Positions 12,711 to 25,390 of a stretch of DNA of 64,000 nt are shown in pieces. The notes below the pieces were generated by a model, which worked only from the letters and a program-made list of their open reading frames with translations, did no database searches and had not been told where the DNA came from. The position numbers and the translations under genes are program-made. The DNA lies in the NCBI GenBank assembly GCA_964016885.1, contig OZ024741.1, positions 224,316,001 through 224,380,000 on the forward strand, given 5' to 3'. This stretch comes from Eledone cirrhosa (taxonomy: Eukaryota). Numbering within the stretch: position 1 is the stretch's first letter; every line of letters starts with the position of its first letter.

Positions 12711-15036
12711 CTCTCTGGCCTTTTGTCCTTTTTCTTTCCTTCTCATTCCACTCTCCATGTTCATAATATATTGAAAAAGAAAAAAAAAGAAAACGAAAAG
12801 AAAAGAAGGAGCAGTACTACATTTGCTTATCCTTTCCACTTGATATCTGATTTCTATTTAGTTTCTATCAATATAATCAAGTAAAAATAAAAAAAATGAA
12901 TATCAATTACTCAGTTTCTCTTAAATGAATGTATTCATTAATGACTAATTAGTCCCTAATATTTTCAGGAGAGTGTCTTTTGTAGTATTTCAGCTAACCA
13001 CCACTACAAGTCAGTGGAATGCTTGTCAATAATATAATGTGCATAGTGTACATGCATTTACAGCTGGGTGGACTGGGTCAGCTAAAGTCGAGTATCTTGG
13101 TCATTAATGCAACAGTGCAGTGCCTGAAATGGGACACAAAAGGGATGGCTGACCCACTGACCAATAATTCAACACCATTCCTTGCCTTTCATCCTTACGG
13201 GGTCGATAAAATAAAGTACCAGTAATGCACTGGGTAATTGCTGGCCTTGTGCCAAAAAGTAGAAACAATTATTCACCTATGTTTGGCCTGGCTGATTTAT
13301 GTATGCTATTTAACTACATTCATTGTCCATTGCTAATGTCAGTTTTGTCATCCAATTCATGTTGCTTCTTGTGTCTATCATACCCTTTATTTTCTTCACT
13401 TCTGTATAATGGAATTATCTAACACGAATATTATTTCAAACATTATCAGGGGTTTTCATCATCATTACCATATTTACATGTTTTTTTTTCTTACTAGCAT
13501 GGGTTGGATGAAATTCTTTTTAGGTGATTTTCTACAAATGGATACCGTTCTTGGTAGCAACCTATACTTTATTTGTATTTATATGTATGGTACCTACCAC
13601 TCATCTTTATTGAACTGGTTAGCTGTGGTACATAAACTTCATCACTTGCTTGAAACCATATTAATATAAAGACACATGAGTCACACACGTATATAAACCA
13701 GCTTCTTTACAGTTTTTGTCTACCAACGTCACTTAACAAGCCATTGGTTTGCTTAAAGATTATAGTAGAAGACAATTGCCCAAGTGGGATCAGACCTAAA
13801 ACCACATGGTTTTTGCAGCTAGTTTGTTAACAACAGCCATACCTGTACCTACCACAACAATGTTAGTAAAGAATGGTTGTCAGTTATAGTTGTGTCAATG
13901 TCAACTGGATTATGGTTAGACCTCTCTAACTTTGAATTGAGGCTGAATAAAGTTGTTTGCGTTTTTTCTGTTTCCTTCTAGTATTGTTATAGATACATGT
14001 TTTTTGTTGTGGTGTGCGTGTGTGTTATTCATTTGTATCATCATCATCATCATCATCCTTCTGAGGTCTATAAAATAAACTACCCTCTCTTAATTCTCTC
14101 TTTCTCTAAGTAATCCTGTATACAGTCAGCCTTTATATGTTGTATCTGCCAATAGGTCAGATGACATTTCAGATCTTGATAAATTCTGACACTTTCAGGA
14201 GAGAGAGAAGAATGATTGATTACTTCTCTTTCTTCCTCTCCTGCTCAATAACCCTAACTAACTAACAGGAGTGTAAACGAAGATTATTGTGATTTAAATG
14301 TACTTATTATATTGTTTTCCTTTTTTTTTTCTCTCTCTCTCAGGGGTGGGGTGGGGGAATATTAATCATTTTAGAGATCTCTGAGTTAATGTATTGATTG
14401 ATAAAATCACTACAGGCTACAGTTAGGATCCTACATCCTTGTGTTATACAAAATCTACAGAACAGCTTTATATTTTGCAATCTGGCTTTTTCCTCTAATT
14501 TTTCTGTTTTATGGCTTAGTGTGGGGTGGAGTGGCTATGACTTCTGTAAGTCCTTTGAGCCTGGGGGTGGGTGGGTGAGAGAAGATACCATGTGTTTCTG
14601 TCGTAAGCAGCTACAAATGAAGATATTAAATTACTGTTAAACCGGAGACATGATCTAACAGTGGGTGCTTTCAACAGGGTACATTCTGCTAAAACTTAGA
14701 TACTTTGTTGTTTGTTGTTTCTTTAATAAAGCCATTTAATAGTGTTAGTTTTTAAATATTGGTGTGGAGGGTACAATTGATTAAATCAATCAATTCATTT
14801 TATCAACTCTGGCAGGGTGAAAAAATAGCTGGTCTTTTGATTCAAATTCAGTATATGAAGGAACATAATATTTACTGATAGGTATTTTCTCAGACAATGA
14901 TTTTGCCAATGTAGCCCATTTCACGTTGATTAAAAAAAAAATTAATTGATTGATATTGGATTAATAAATCATTTTGTGGTTTGCTGATTAAAGTAGTAAT
15001 ATTTAACCCTCTCTTAACCATATTTCTAATGAAATA

Positions 15037-16293
15037 TGAGGTGCACTCAAGAGGTTTTGTGGTTTTTATTAGAGAGACATTTATTTAACTCAGATTTTAC
15101 ATAAAATTCTAGTCTCCTTCAAAATAGGAACCTCCAACTTCAATGCACTTGCTGTAGAGCTCCAGCCACTTATGGAAGCCCTCCTTATAGTCCTTCAAAG
15201 TGAAGATGTCCAGGGCGCTTGTCACACTCCCTTTCATCTCCACATCCTCAAAGCAGATACTCCTGAGCTCCTTCAGCTTCAGGAACATCCAAAAGTTGCA
15301 TGGGGCTATGTCTGGACTATAGGGAGGATGAGAGACAGTCGTGATCCCCATATCGGCCAAGCAGTTGGTCACCAGGGTGGCATTGTCATGGTGTAGGTGT
15401 GTTACTGATCAAATGTGAAGAATTCTGGTCTCTTGCAACGAATCTCTTTCTGAACTGCTTCAAAACCTCTATATAGTACTCTTTGTTGACTGTCTGGCTG
15501 TGGGAAACCTAGTGGATGTAGATGTCCTTGCTGGCAAAGAATGGGGTCATGAGCTTCCCAGTAGACCTGCTTTGTCTGGCCTTCTTCGGTCTTGAGGTGT
15601 CAGAATGTTTCCACTAGGCACTTTGGATCATAGCAGTAAACTCAGCTCTCGTCACAGGTTACTATAGACTCAAGGACACATGGATTCGAAGTGATCCACT
15701 TGATCATCTCCTTGCTGTCGTCAACGTACCTCTGCCTTTGATCTTCATTGAGCACCATGGGAACAAATTTTGCACATTTTCAGATCGTCATGAATGTCTG
15801 TATACAGTGCCCTCAGCCACTTCAAATTGTTTAGCAATCACCAGTAGAGATGCACAGCGCTCCTCGTCTAGAAATTTGTGAATTTTGTCAACTAACTTTG
15901 GCTTCCTGATGTCTTTCTCGCTGGTACACCTCTCGTCATTACTCATATGCTCCCTGCCCTCCTGGAACCTTTTGTGTCAGCAGAAAACAGTTGCCCAGCT
16001 CATGAAAGTTAGTCTGTAAGCAGTTTTGACCATTTCATAGGTTTCTACACCGTTTTTGCCCAGCTTGACAAAATGATTTATTGCATATCGAGCCTCTAAG
16101 TTGTCCTCACATCCTGACTGCATTGTGGAACCAGTCAGCTGTGACAATACGTGTATGACAGTATTTAAAGTGCTGTAGCAGCCTGAACCTTCAACCTGAG
16201 GGAAAAAAAAGATTGGCATGTTAGCTTATAACCACATTAAGGATGTTTTAGAATGACAGTTACAATTAAAAGAGTCTCAAAACTTCTTTAGTG
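15037..16293 (-). mobile_element. decayed mariner (Tc1/mariner DD34D) transposon; transposase pseudogene
   Basis: Minus-strand motifs: N-terminal RYAI..VKLGK HTH, FVPMVL (WVPREL-like), TCDES, HHDNAT, HPPYSPDIAPCNF, C-terminal CIEVGGSYFEGD. TA|TGAGG left end, degenerate right TIR near 16268-16293, frameshifts and stops. Confidence 0.92.
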
Positions 16294-16561
16294 TTTGAAT
16301 TAATGAGGCATTTGTTAAAATATATGTAACAACAAAAAGATAAAAAATAAATGTTGAAAGGTTATAACAAATAAGTATAATTTAAAATGGGCAATTACAT
16401 TATCGATAGTGAGTGTGTTGGAGTGGGGCACTGCCCTACTTAGCGGAGAGACTGGTTGTTTATATCAACCTTTTCAACAAATGCATTGGTTCTTAGCTGT
16501 TGCTGTCTTACTCTATGAGTGATAGGTGATTTTCTTACCTTGCTTGCAGTGATGTGCTTAA

Positions 16562-16759
16562 CCCTTTAGCATTTACATTACTCTATATATATTATTGTAT
16601 TTTCACAGTAAACACTTTATCTCACATAATATCGAATCTATGAGATGTTGATATTATTTATTTTGAGAACAATACCTTAACATAAGTATGAGCAGCCTGT
16701 TTGAACAGGAAGAGGTGAGAGAATTCTGGCTGGATACAGCCAGTTTAAATGCTAAAGGG
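16562..16759 (-). mobile_element. piggyBac-like MITE family A, copy 2 (opposite orientation)
   Basis: TTAA flanks and the same TIRs; the interior is the reverse complement of copy 1. Confidence 0.88.
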
Positions 16760-16857
16760 TTAAATCATCATTTAGACTTGGTGGCAGGCTGTAGATACCA
16801 ACACATTCAAAACTCACTGGCTCTGAAACAATACCAACCATTTTAAATGGTTCTAAT

Positions 16858-17063
16858 TTAACCTTTTCATTTCTAATAAAATATACTGTATTTGAATTTT
16901 GAGGGGTTTACTAAAATTATTATTTAAGATGGCTCTTATATAGAAACCTTTTAAAATATGTGGTTTTGTTCTATAGAACCAGAGATAGTTAGTAGGTTCA
17001 TATCAATAGTGTCCCATAGACAATTTCAGTCTTCAAATTTATAAGATTATATCAAAAAGGTTA
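16858..17063 (+). mobile_element. second TTAA-flanked MITE family B (related pieces at about 5160-5355, 15003-15036, 17150-17219, 18030-18180, 23930-24000)
   Basis: TTAACCTTTT...AAAAAGGTTAA ends; shared internal words such as CATATTTCT-GAAATA, GGAACATAA and AGAACCAGAG among copies. Copies are degenerate. Confidence 0.55.
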
Positions 17064-18361
17064 AATTATAATATTTCAACATGATTTCAGAAAGAACTTT
17101 CTGTTAAATACTATCTTATTAATGAAATAATAATTTTCATAAATTCCTTCAAATTCTTCATTAATCAATTCAAATATAGTGTATTTTCATAGAAATATAG
17201 TTTTAAAAAAAGGGGTTAAACCAAACAATTCCCAACTTATGATCCTTGGACTCCTGGGGGTTCAAGGGAAAATTCATTTAACAAATCAGGTCTTTGGTAG
17301 TGAAAAGATTGGGGATTCTTCATTTAAACCATTAAATACTTCTTTATTTTTTAAAGTTTCCACGACTATTATCAGTATATTATTACTATTAATTAATTAT
17401 GGTCCTTTACGGTCTGAGTTCAAATCCCGCCGAGGTTAACTTTGCCTTTCATCCTTACAAGGTGAATAAAATAAAGCACTGGGATAATTGCTGGCCTTGT
17501 GCCAAAAGTAGAAACAATTATTAATATTAATAACATTTGAATTAGCATGGAAATGCCTTGATCTATATCCTATCTTAATTGGAACTACTGTAGAGTAGTA
17601 ATTAGCAGGAATATGAGGCTGGGCAGGCTGGAATTTGAAAAGGATGTGGTTTCTAGGCAGAGAATATTGTACAAAGTGCAGGGTGCGGCTCAGCAAGTAG
17701 AGTGCTTTATCACAATTGGGGAGTGTTTTATTTGTCTATCATCATCATCATCATTTTACGTCCGCTTTTCCCTGCTTGCAAGGGTGGGAGGGGAACTGAT
17801 TCTGGCTTGATTGTCTAATAAAGTTCTAATAGATGTAAATGTTGTAACTATGACATTATTAAAAGTAGCTATTGGAAATTAATTTTCACTATCACATATC
17901 ACTTATTGGAATTTCCGACTAAATTACTGCCTCTTTTAAAGCTAATGGTAGTATTAAATAAAGATGATTTTATTTCAAAGAAATAAGGACTTCAGGCATT
18001 GCCTGTTAGTAATCCTAAGATATGAATAGTTAACTCTTTTGACACCAAACTGACACTACTTCAATGACAAAACTTTATTTAACCCCATTTGATACTAAAC
18101 TGCTCCTGGTTTTGCGATATTAAGCTGTACATTTTTAAAGTGTTTATATACACCTAAAAATCCTTCCAGAATTTTATGAATGAAACTTTGACAGTATGTA
18201 CGTAAAATGTTTGTTTATATATTACCTCTAAACATGAAGCATGTATGATTGTGTGTGTATATATATTTATATTTATTTTTATATACATGAGGCTTGTAGG
18301 ACTCTGTGTGTATATACAAATAGCTTGTTGAAGATTTCACTATCCTCACATTTATTATACA

Positions 18362-18636
18362 CTAGCAGAATGGCCCGGCGTTTGCTTTAGGGTTCTTATA
18401 TATTTGATATATATTTATCTTTATCGAGCCTCGTGAAATAAATACGTTTGTTTATATTTTGTTATTGTGTATGCAAAAATATCTACACAAATATATAATT
18501 ATATATATATATATATTAAAATAACAGATTAAAGTTTAAGCAAAGAATCGCTGCTTTCACCCCTAACGGGATCTTCTGAAACTAAATAAATCAATCTGTG
18601 AACGTAGAAGTAAATATTTAGAAAAACGTTACACAC

Positions 18637-18668
<32 letters not shown>

Positions 18669-18955
18669 GTCCTATGCGAGCAAGACAATCACTCTTGCCT
18701 CAAGTGGGAAAACCCCCGTCCAAACCCATGCAAGCGTGGAACACGGACGTTAAACGTTGATGATGATGACACACAACACACAGTGTCATAATGTCGTAAT
18801 GCAGACATACAGACAGATATAAGGGCGCAATGTTATATCTATGTATCTATCTAAAAAGAAAGTATTACATGTGTAAAGTTTGAAAACAATCAGTTGGGTG
18901 GTTCTCGAGTTTTAGGGAGCTGACAGACAGACATTCTCTGTTTTAGATATATAGA
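18362..18955 (-). mobile_element. non-autonomous Helitron-like element
   Basis: On the minus strand it begins A|TCTATAT and ends with a GC-rich subterminal hairpin (CCC..GC..CGCCGGG) followed by CTAG|T. It has an internal (CTGT)n tract and no TSD. An RTE-tail fragment sits inside at about 18668-18770. Confidence 0.72.
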
Positions 18956-20154
18956 TAAGCGTCAATTGTATACACGATGTTTAGAGAGAGAGGTATGTAA
19001 ATTGTTTAAGTAGTGATCAATATATTTGGGCAGTGGTGTGTTGCGATAAGCCACAAGGCTGTTTCTTGTCTAGATGTGTAACCCCCTACAATAACCTAGC
19101 AACTTTCTTGTGACATTTTTGAAAGAACTTGGTTTATGAAGACATATAACAGTTTTAAAAAAAAAGAGAAAACACAGGTTTACTTTTGCTACTGGGTTCT
19201 ATAAATATTTCTTTTTCTTCATATATTGCAGAACTTAGTTTCAGTAAATATGTGGATTTCACATAAATGATTTTAGAGGTAATTTTGTTTCAGTTGAGGT
19301 GCATAATCCCTAGAATTGTCAGAAATATCTGTAAATCATTATAAAAAGGAAGGATTGATCATAATATAGCTTTTGTTTTTTAAAAGATTATATTATTTAG
19401 TATCATTTTCCTGCTAGCAATGGTTATATGTGATATATCCTTGCGTTAAATTTTTCTCATTCTATAGATTCTAATATTTGTGCCTCAACTCAATCTTCGA
19501 GAAAACTTTGTTTACATTTTTATCACAGCTATAAGTAGTTTTCTATTCTAGACAGATATCCGGGCCTGAAATTCGCCCCCCCCCCCCCCATTTTTTTCTT
19601 TCGTCCTTTATCTCTCTTCCCCCTTCCTCTATCCGTCACTCTGACCTGTCACTTCTCTCGTCCTTTCTCTCCCATGATCTTTTTTTTTCTTCTCTTCCCC
19701 TTTTACCCACCATTTTTGTTTGTCTCTTCTGCTAGGTCTTGTCCTTTCTAGCTGCGACCTGGTGCCGAACAGATGCTTCCTATTTCTCTCCCTCTGATCT
19801 ATCTGTCTATCTAATTTGTTTGTTTTATCAAGCATACATCATACGAGCAGAAATACTTATTCTTTGTTGCATGACCCAGCAATTATATGTAGTCTCCTCC
19901 AATTTAAATCATGTGAAACTACATTCCAGTACGAGGGCTGATAACATAATATGATGTTTCTGTGATTCTGTCTTGTTCATTTTCATTTTCTCCACATTTT
20001 TCCTTTGCTCCTCTCTCCCTATCACTTTTGCTAGCCATTTATTCCTGTCCCTTGAGGAAAGATTTTACCTGATCCTGTCATTGACAGCATTTTGCTGTTT
20101 TGGCAGCTATTCTTGTGTTGAGTTTTTCTCATTATTTTATATATATATATATAT

Positions 20155-20493
20155 CATCATCATCATCATCATTTCATTTTACGTCCGCTTTTCCCTGCTT
20201 GCAAGGGTGGGACGGGAACTGATGCTGGCTTGATTTCTACAGCTGGATGCTCTTCCTAACACCAACCTCATTTACAGTGAGTGGTGGGTACTTTTTGCTG
20301 TGGCGCCTACACGTCCACTTTACAGTGGAATGATATGGACCCCAGTCCCTATCATCTCATTTCTACAGCTGAGTAAACTGGAGCAATGTGAAATAAAGTG
20401 TCTTGCTCAAGGAAACAATACATCACCCGGTCTGAGAATTGAACTCACAACCTTTCAATTGCAAGCCCAATGCTCTAACCACTAAGCCATGTG

Positions 20494-20495
<2 letters not shown>
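20155..20495 (-). mobile_element. tRNA-derived SINE family B (tRNA head, CORE-like body, RTE-type (GAT)n tail)
   Basis: Minus strand: A box TGGCTTAGTGG, B box GAGTTCAATTC, CORE-like CCTTGAGCAAGACACTT...CAGCTG, tail GGACGTAAAATG..(GAT)n shared with RTE 3' ends in this window. Confidence 0.85.
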
Positions 20496-20585
<90 letters not shown>

Positions 20586-20774
20586 AGAATTAAAATACTA
20601 GAGTGTGTTGGAGCTAAACACCCTCTTCATATTATAGAAATGACAGTATAAGATATAGCTCAATGTAATTAAACAGCCGAAGAATTATAAAAAAAAACAA
20701 AAAAACCAAACAAGCCTTCAATACATAGAAATATATATATATATAATATATATATATATTATATATATATAATA

Positions 20775-20810
<36 letters not shown>

Positions 20811-20899
20811 CTCATATGAGACTTTAATCCAGACAACAGACTAGACCACTGTTTCTACCTGAGAAAGGGCTGTTATACAAATTGGCTGGTATCATCATT

Positions 20900-21500
20900 T
20901 AATACCTGCTTCCCTACTAATAGAATCTTTGCTTTTGCTCACAATTCTTTAAGATGATCCAGGCCGCTTATTTCATAATTTTTCATGCTTTTATACCAAG
21001 TTAACCTCTAGTCATTTCAATTTAGTTCAGCTTTTTCAAATGTTTCTGGAGGAATCTTTATCCCTTTCAAATTAACTTTGAGCTTATCCTTGTACCTTAA
21101 CCATGGTCTTCCTATGTTTATCTTTCCATCATGGAGCTGGTTATACGTGAGGAATTTTAGAATTCTATTGTCACTTATTCTGTAGATAAGACCAATCCAT
21201 CTTAATTGAGATTTCAAAAGAAAGGATTCAATACTATTAATTTTACATTTAGAGAATAGGTTAATATTTGAAATTCTGTCATTTATGCTGTATCCACAAA
21301 TGGTCTGAGACATCAAGCTGGTTAATGTATGATTGGTAAGGGACCCAAGCTTCTGATCCATATAGGAGAGTGGAAAGGACTACAGCTTGTTGTAAATTAA
21401 TTCTTGTTTCCAATGAGATTCACCAATCATCCTACATTTGTATCTTTGGCTATTTCATCAAGAATGACATTTGAGTTTACTCTGCTTCCCAGATATGTCG
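20900..21500 (-). mobile_element. decayed RTE-like LINE, C-terminal fragment
   Basis: QLRWIG.I.RI.D.RI.K and GRPWLRYKD.LK motifs; YLGS near 21490. Confidence 0.75.
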
Positions 21501-21509
21501 AGATTGCTA

Positions 21510-21930
21510 CAGGTTTTTAGCTCTGAGGAGTATTGCTGAGAGAGAGGAAGACAATGAATTGCAGAGAATGATGGGGATAGAACCAGTGATGAATATTGTA
21601 AGAGAAATGGAATGAGATGGTTTGGTCATGTGTTGAAGGATGAAAGTGACTGGGTGAGGGGAGTGATGGGAATAAAGCCAGCGATGAATGTGAAGAGAAA
21701 TTGAATGAAATGCTTTGGTCATGTGTTGAGGAAGAATGAGTGATGTAAATAAATGTGGAAGGGAAGATCAAGAAAGACATGACTAAAAATCATGGAGGAG
21801 AAAAAGAAAGCCAAGTGGTTGGTGAGGAGGGATGCAGACAATAAGGGAAAGTAGAGAAGCTTTTCATGGGGTTCACAAGGCTAACTTTTGCTTTAGTAAG
21901 GAAAATGACTTTAAAACACTTGTTATTGAA
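21510..21930 (+). mobile_element. RTE 3' fragment with an internal ~99-bp duplication
   Basis: Two degenerate RWFGHVL units; homologous to 40730-41190. Confidence 0.7.
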
Positions 21931-22417
21931 GGTTAGCAAATGTTTAGAATATATCATGGGTAGAGCAACTGAGAGAATGTGCTAGTCTGGTATATAGCTA
22001 GCTTAAAATATCTCAATTATTTATTATTTTTGAATATGTTAGGTTGTAAATATTTCAATTTTAATGTATATAGTGGACTCATGATGGCCACAACCTCAAA
22101 TATATTTAATTTTTGGAATCTGGGATTGGTATGCCATATATACCAGGATTTCCAGAAACGAACAATCATACAAACTGTACAATTTGGGTTTTGATAAATT
22201 AATTTATGTTGATTACAAAGTGATTAAAGATAAAAATAATTACATAATTGTTCAGCATATGTACAAATGGGTCATAGAATATTAAATATAAGAGTAACTG
22301 GAGAAATAACTATTTACAGGGATAAATGTAGGACTGAAACCTTGTGATTGGAAAGTGAACTTATGTAGCAACATGACTGAGATAGAAAATGCATTCAGTG
22401 TAAATTTGTGTTACAAT

Positions 22418-22945
22418 CATCATCACCGTTTAACGTCTATCTCCCACTCTAGCATGGGTTAGATGGGAAATGTCCCACTTGAAGCAAGATTGGTCGGGTG
22501 ACCGTGTCTCGCACGTATAGGTCTATCTGGCAGATTTTCTACGGCCCTTCCTAACACCAACCACATTTGCAGCATGGAATGGGTGCTTTTTGACGTGACA
22601 CCTACACTATAACTTTACAGAGGAAGGTTGGGGTGTATATTTGGTTAAGAGGTGCCTACTGACTGCAGGTTTAACTTCATATGTAAGGAAAGGCGGGTCT
22701 TCTGTATTGCTGCGTAGCGCCAAGGGTCTCGATCCAATAACATTGTCTTAGAGAGGTGTAAGTGTGCAAGGTCAGATTTTATCATGTCCCAAGTTTTTCT
22801 GGGTCTACCTACTTCGTAGCTTCCATCAGTTTTGATCGTTCTGCACTTTTTTATACAGCTGTTGTCTTTCATGCGTATCACCTGGCCATACCAACGTAAT
22901 CTCCTCTTAAGTAAACTCCATCTGGTCACTCTTATTCCTAATTTC
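22418..22945 (-). mobile_element. 5'-truncated RTE LINE, 3' end
   Basis: RRLRWYGQV.RM and GRPRKTW motifs; 3' UTR and (GAT)n tail homologous to 28446-29100. Confidence 0.85.
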
Positions 22946-24002
22946 CTAATAATATATATAAATATACAAATGTAGCATATTATGATTGATAGAAGTGAAG
23001 AAAGCTAGGCAGTACCTAACTTTGTTATCCTATTTCAATGTTCAACATATATTTGACTAGTTTGAATACTCACTGACAATATGAGGGATCATCATGGCAC
23101 TCAGTACTGACTGAGTATTCATAGCATTACATGGAGTTCTAAGATGGTAATAAATCCTATCCTGACTAGGCAGAACAGTCATAAATTACATCAAATATAT
23201 AAAAAGATAAATGAAACCAGTATTACTGAGTAAACCTCTATGTAATCGATCAACCTGTTAGAAATAGCAGCCAAATCTCCTTCAAACCAGACTTTACTGT
23301 TTTTAAAAATGACACCCTGTGTACTGTAGCTCAGGTTGTACTGTCTTGGTAAGGAGGTGAGGTAATAATAATTGGAATGCCCTTGGTTGTAGGTCTGCTG
23401 GATAAGGGCTGACTTGGGGCTAAATAATATATATTTTATACATTGAAATTTACCAGAAAATGTTCTGCACACAGTTTCACTACCTATGGTACATTCTTAA
23501 AATATTTAGGCCATCTCTACTCTATGCTATTTATCATCATCATCACCATGGTTTGGACAGGTCAATATGATCCAAATCAACCCTTATTTGTAATTACTAG
23601 ATGGGTTGGAACACCACTTGTCCCCCTCATATGTTCCTTGGCATGGTTGCTTTGGCTAAATGTCCTTCCTAATATCAACCATTTTATAAAGTGTACTGGG
23701 TGCATCTTAGTATGGTACCAGCACCAAACAGGCTGTCTTAACTACCCCTCCCAGATAACAAATAAATCCACTTCACCTTATGTTGTCTTCATTTGTTTGT
23801 CAACCATTTTACAGTCTACAACTGTAAAAATAATAGGAAAATTAACTCTTTCAATCTCAACCCAACTGAGCCTACATATAAAATCTCATTTTACATTGTT
23901 TATCATCATCATCATCATCATCATCACCGTTATTCAAATTAAAATCTTCTTTCATAATTTTATGTAAGAACTTTGTTGAGTTATGTTCCAAATACTAGTT
24001 TA

Positions 24003-24275
24003 GAAAAAATTTAAATCAAAATCAAAATTTTATCCCAAAGAGGAAATTGGAACGTTATCCACTGAAGGTTCCTTAAACCCTGATGAAGGGACTTTTAGGT
24101 TCCGAAATATTGGACAGATAAAAGAACAACAAAACAAAACAAAACAAAGTTTACCAGGTAACTTTTACTTTTCGTTACCTCATCTTACAGTCCATTTTGC
24201 ATTGTTTAGCCTTCTATCTCTTTCAACGTTATATATTATATACAATGCTTCAAGCAAACTATACATTTTATTATC
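24003..24275 (+). mobile_element. short hammerhead-bearing (Penelope pLTR-like) insertion with a 9-bp TSD
   Basis: ACTAGTTTA at 23994-24002 and 24276-24284 interrupts a MITE-B copy; CTGATGA...GAAA core at 24080-24107. Confidence 0.6.
24078..24113 (+). ncRNA. minimal type I hammerhead ribozyme motif
   Basis: cc-CTGATGA-a-GGGACT(TTTA)GGTTCC-GAA-ATAT-T-gg: intact core boxes, 6-bp stem II, palindromic micro stem III, 2-bp stem I. Confidence 0.6.
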
Positions 24276-24869
24276 ACTAGTTTAATAATTCTTTCTAACA
24301 GAGACAAGGTCAGCAGTTTTTGGGAAGGGGAAAGCTGATCAGACCCCAGTACTTTACTGGTACTTTATTTTATTGATATCAGATGGATGAAAGGCAAAGA
24401 GGATCTCAGCTGGATTTGAACTCAGAAAGTAGAAAGTTGCAACTAAATACCACAAAACATTTTGTCTGATGCTCTACTGATACTGTCAGTCCACCACCCT
24501 CAGTTGGTTAGATATTTTATGAAATCCATCTAAATTTTTGGTTATTTTTGCAATTATTTGTGTCATCTCCTCCAACACCACCATTATGATAGGATTTGTT
24601 GCCTATTTTTTTAACCAAACTATACTCATCTTAGTAACCCTTGCACTTCATGTGACTAATGGAGGCCTTACTGTTTTTTGGATTGTTGTTACTTCTGCTT
24701 ACAGTGTCACCCATTACTCCATCTCTCCTCCCCTAGTAGTTTCCTACTGTTGGTCCAGAGTTGCTTATTTATCTGGCAGGAGCCCGCTTATATCACAGCT
24801 AACCATCATATCTGATGGCTGTATTGCAACATATCTGCTACCTATGACCCATTCTCTAACAGAACAGCT

Positions 24870-25390
24870 CTGCCAAAAGGTAGAGAAGTTCAAGTATCTC
24901 AAGGCTATTTCCGTGAGTGATGGAAGTTAGGAGGCTGAATTAAGTGTAAGAATTACAGAAGCTGGTGTAGTAATATGCCAGCTTCAGTATTCAGAAGAAG
25001 GGAGGTAGGTGTAAAAGCTAAACTTGCTATCTTCAATTTGGTATTTGTGCCAACTCTTACTTATAATCACGAATCTTGGATAATGACTGAAAGAATATGA
25101 TTATGAATACAAGTGGCTGAAATGGGGCTCCTCTGAAGAGTCTTTGGAGTAATGTAACTCCGAGATCAGGGAGTTGCTCCAGGTAGAGCTGCTATTTTTC
25201 TAGATTGAATACACTGGGTATGTGGTTAGAATGTTTCGGGAAAGAATTGCTGAACAGATTTTATGGGCAAAACTAATCGGCTGGAGACAAGGGATAGACC
25301 TCAAAATGGATAACATCCAGGAGCTTGGCTGGAAGACGTGTTTGATGACTCAGACCCACGACACTCCCAGGAATAAGTGGGCAAAGAAGA
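24870..25390 (+). mobile_element. decayed RTE-clade LINE, C-terminal fragment
   Basis: QKVEKFKYL..SDG, VFVPTLTY.HESW.MT and GYVVRM-like motifs, with stops. Confidence 0.75.

Noticed and set aside
20420-20495. tRNA gene (also 35140-35211 and the SINE-A heads)
   Set aside because: No proper acceptor or anticodon stems, and each is fused to a SINE body.
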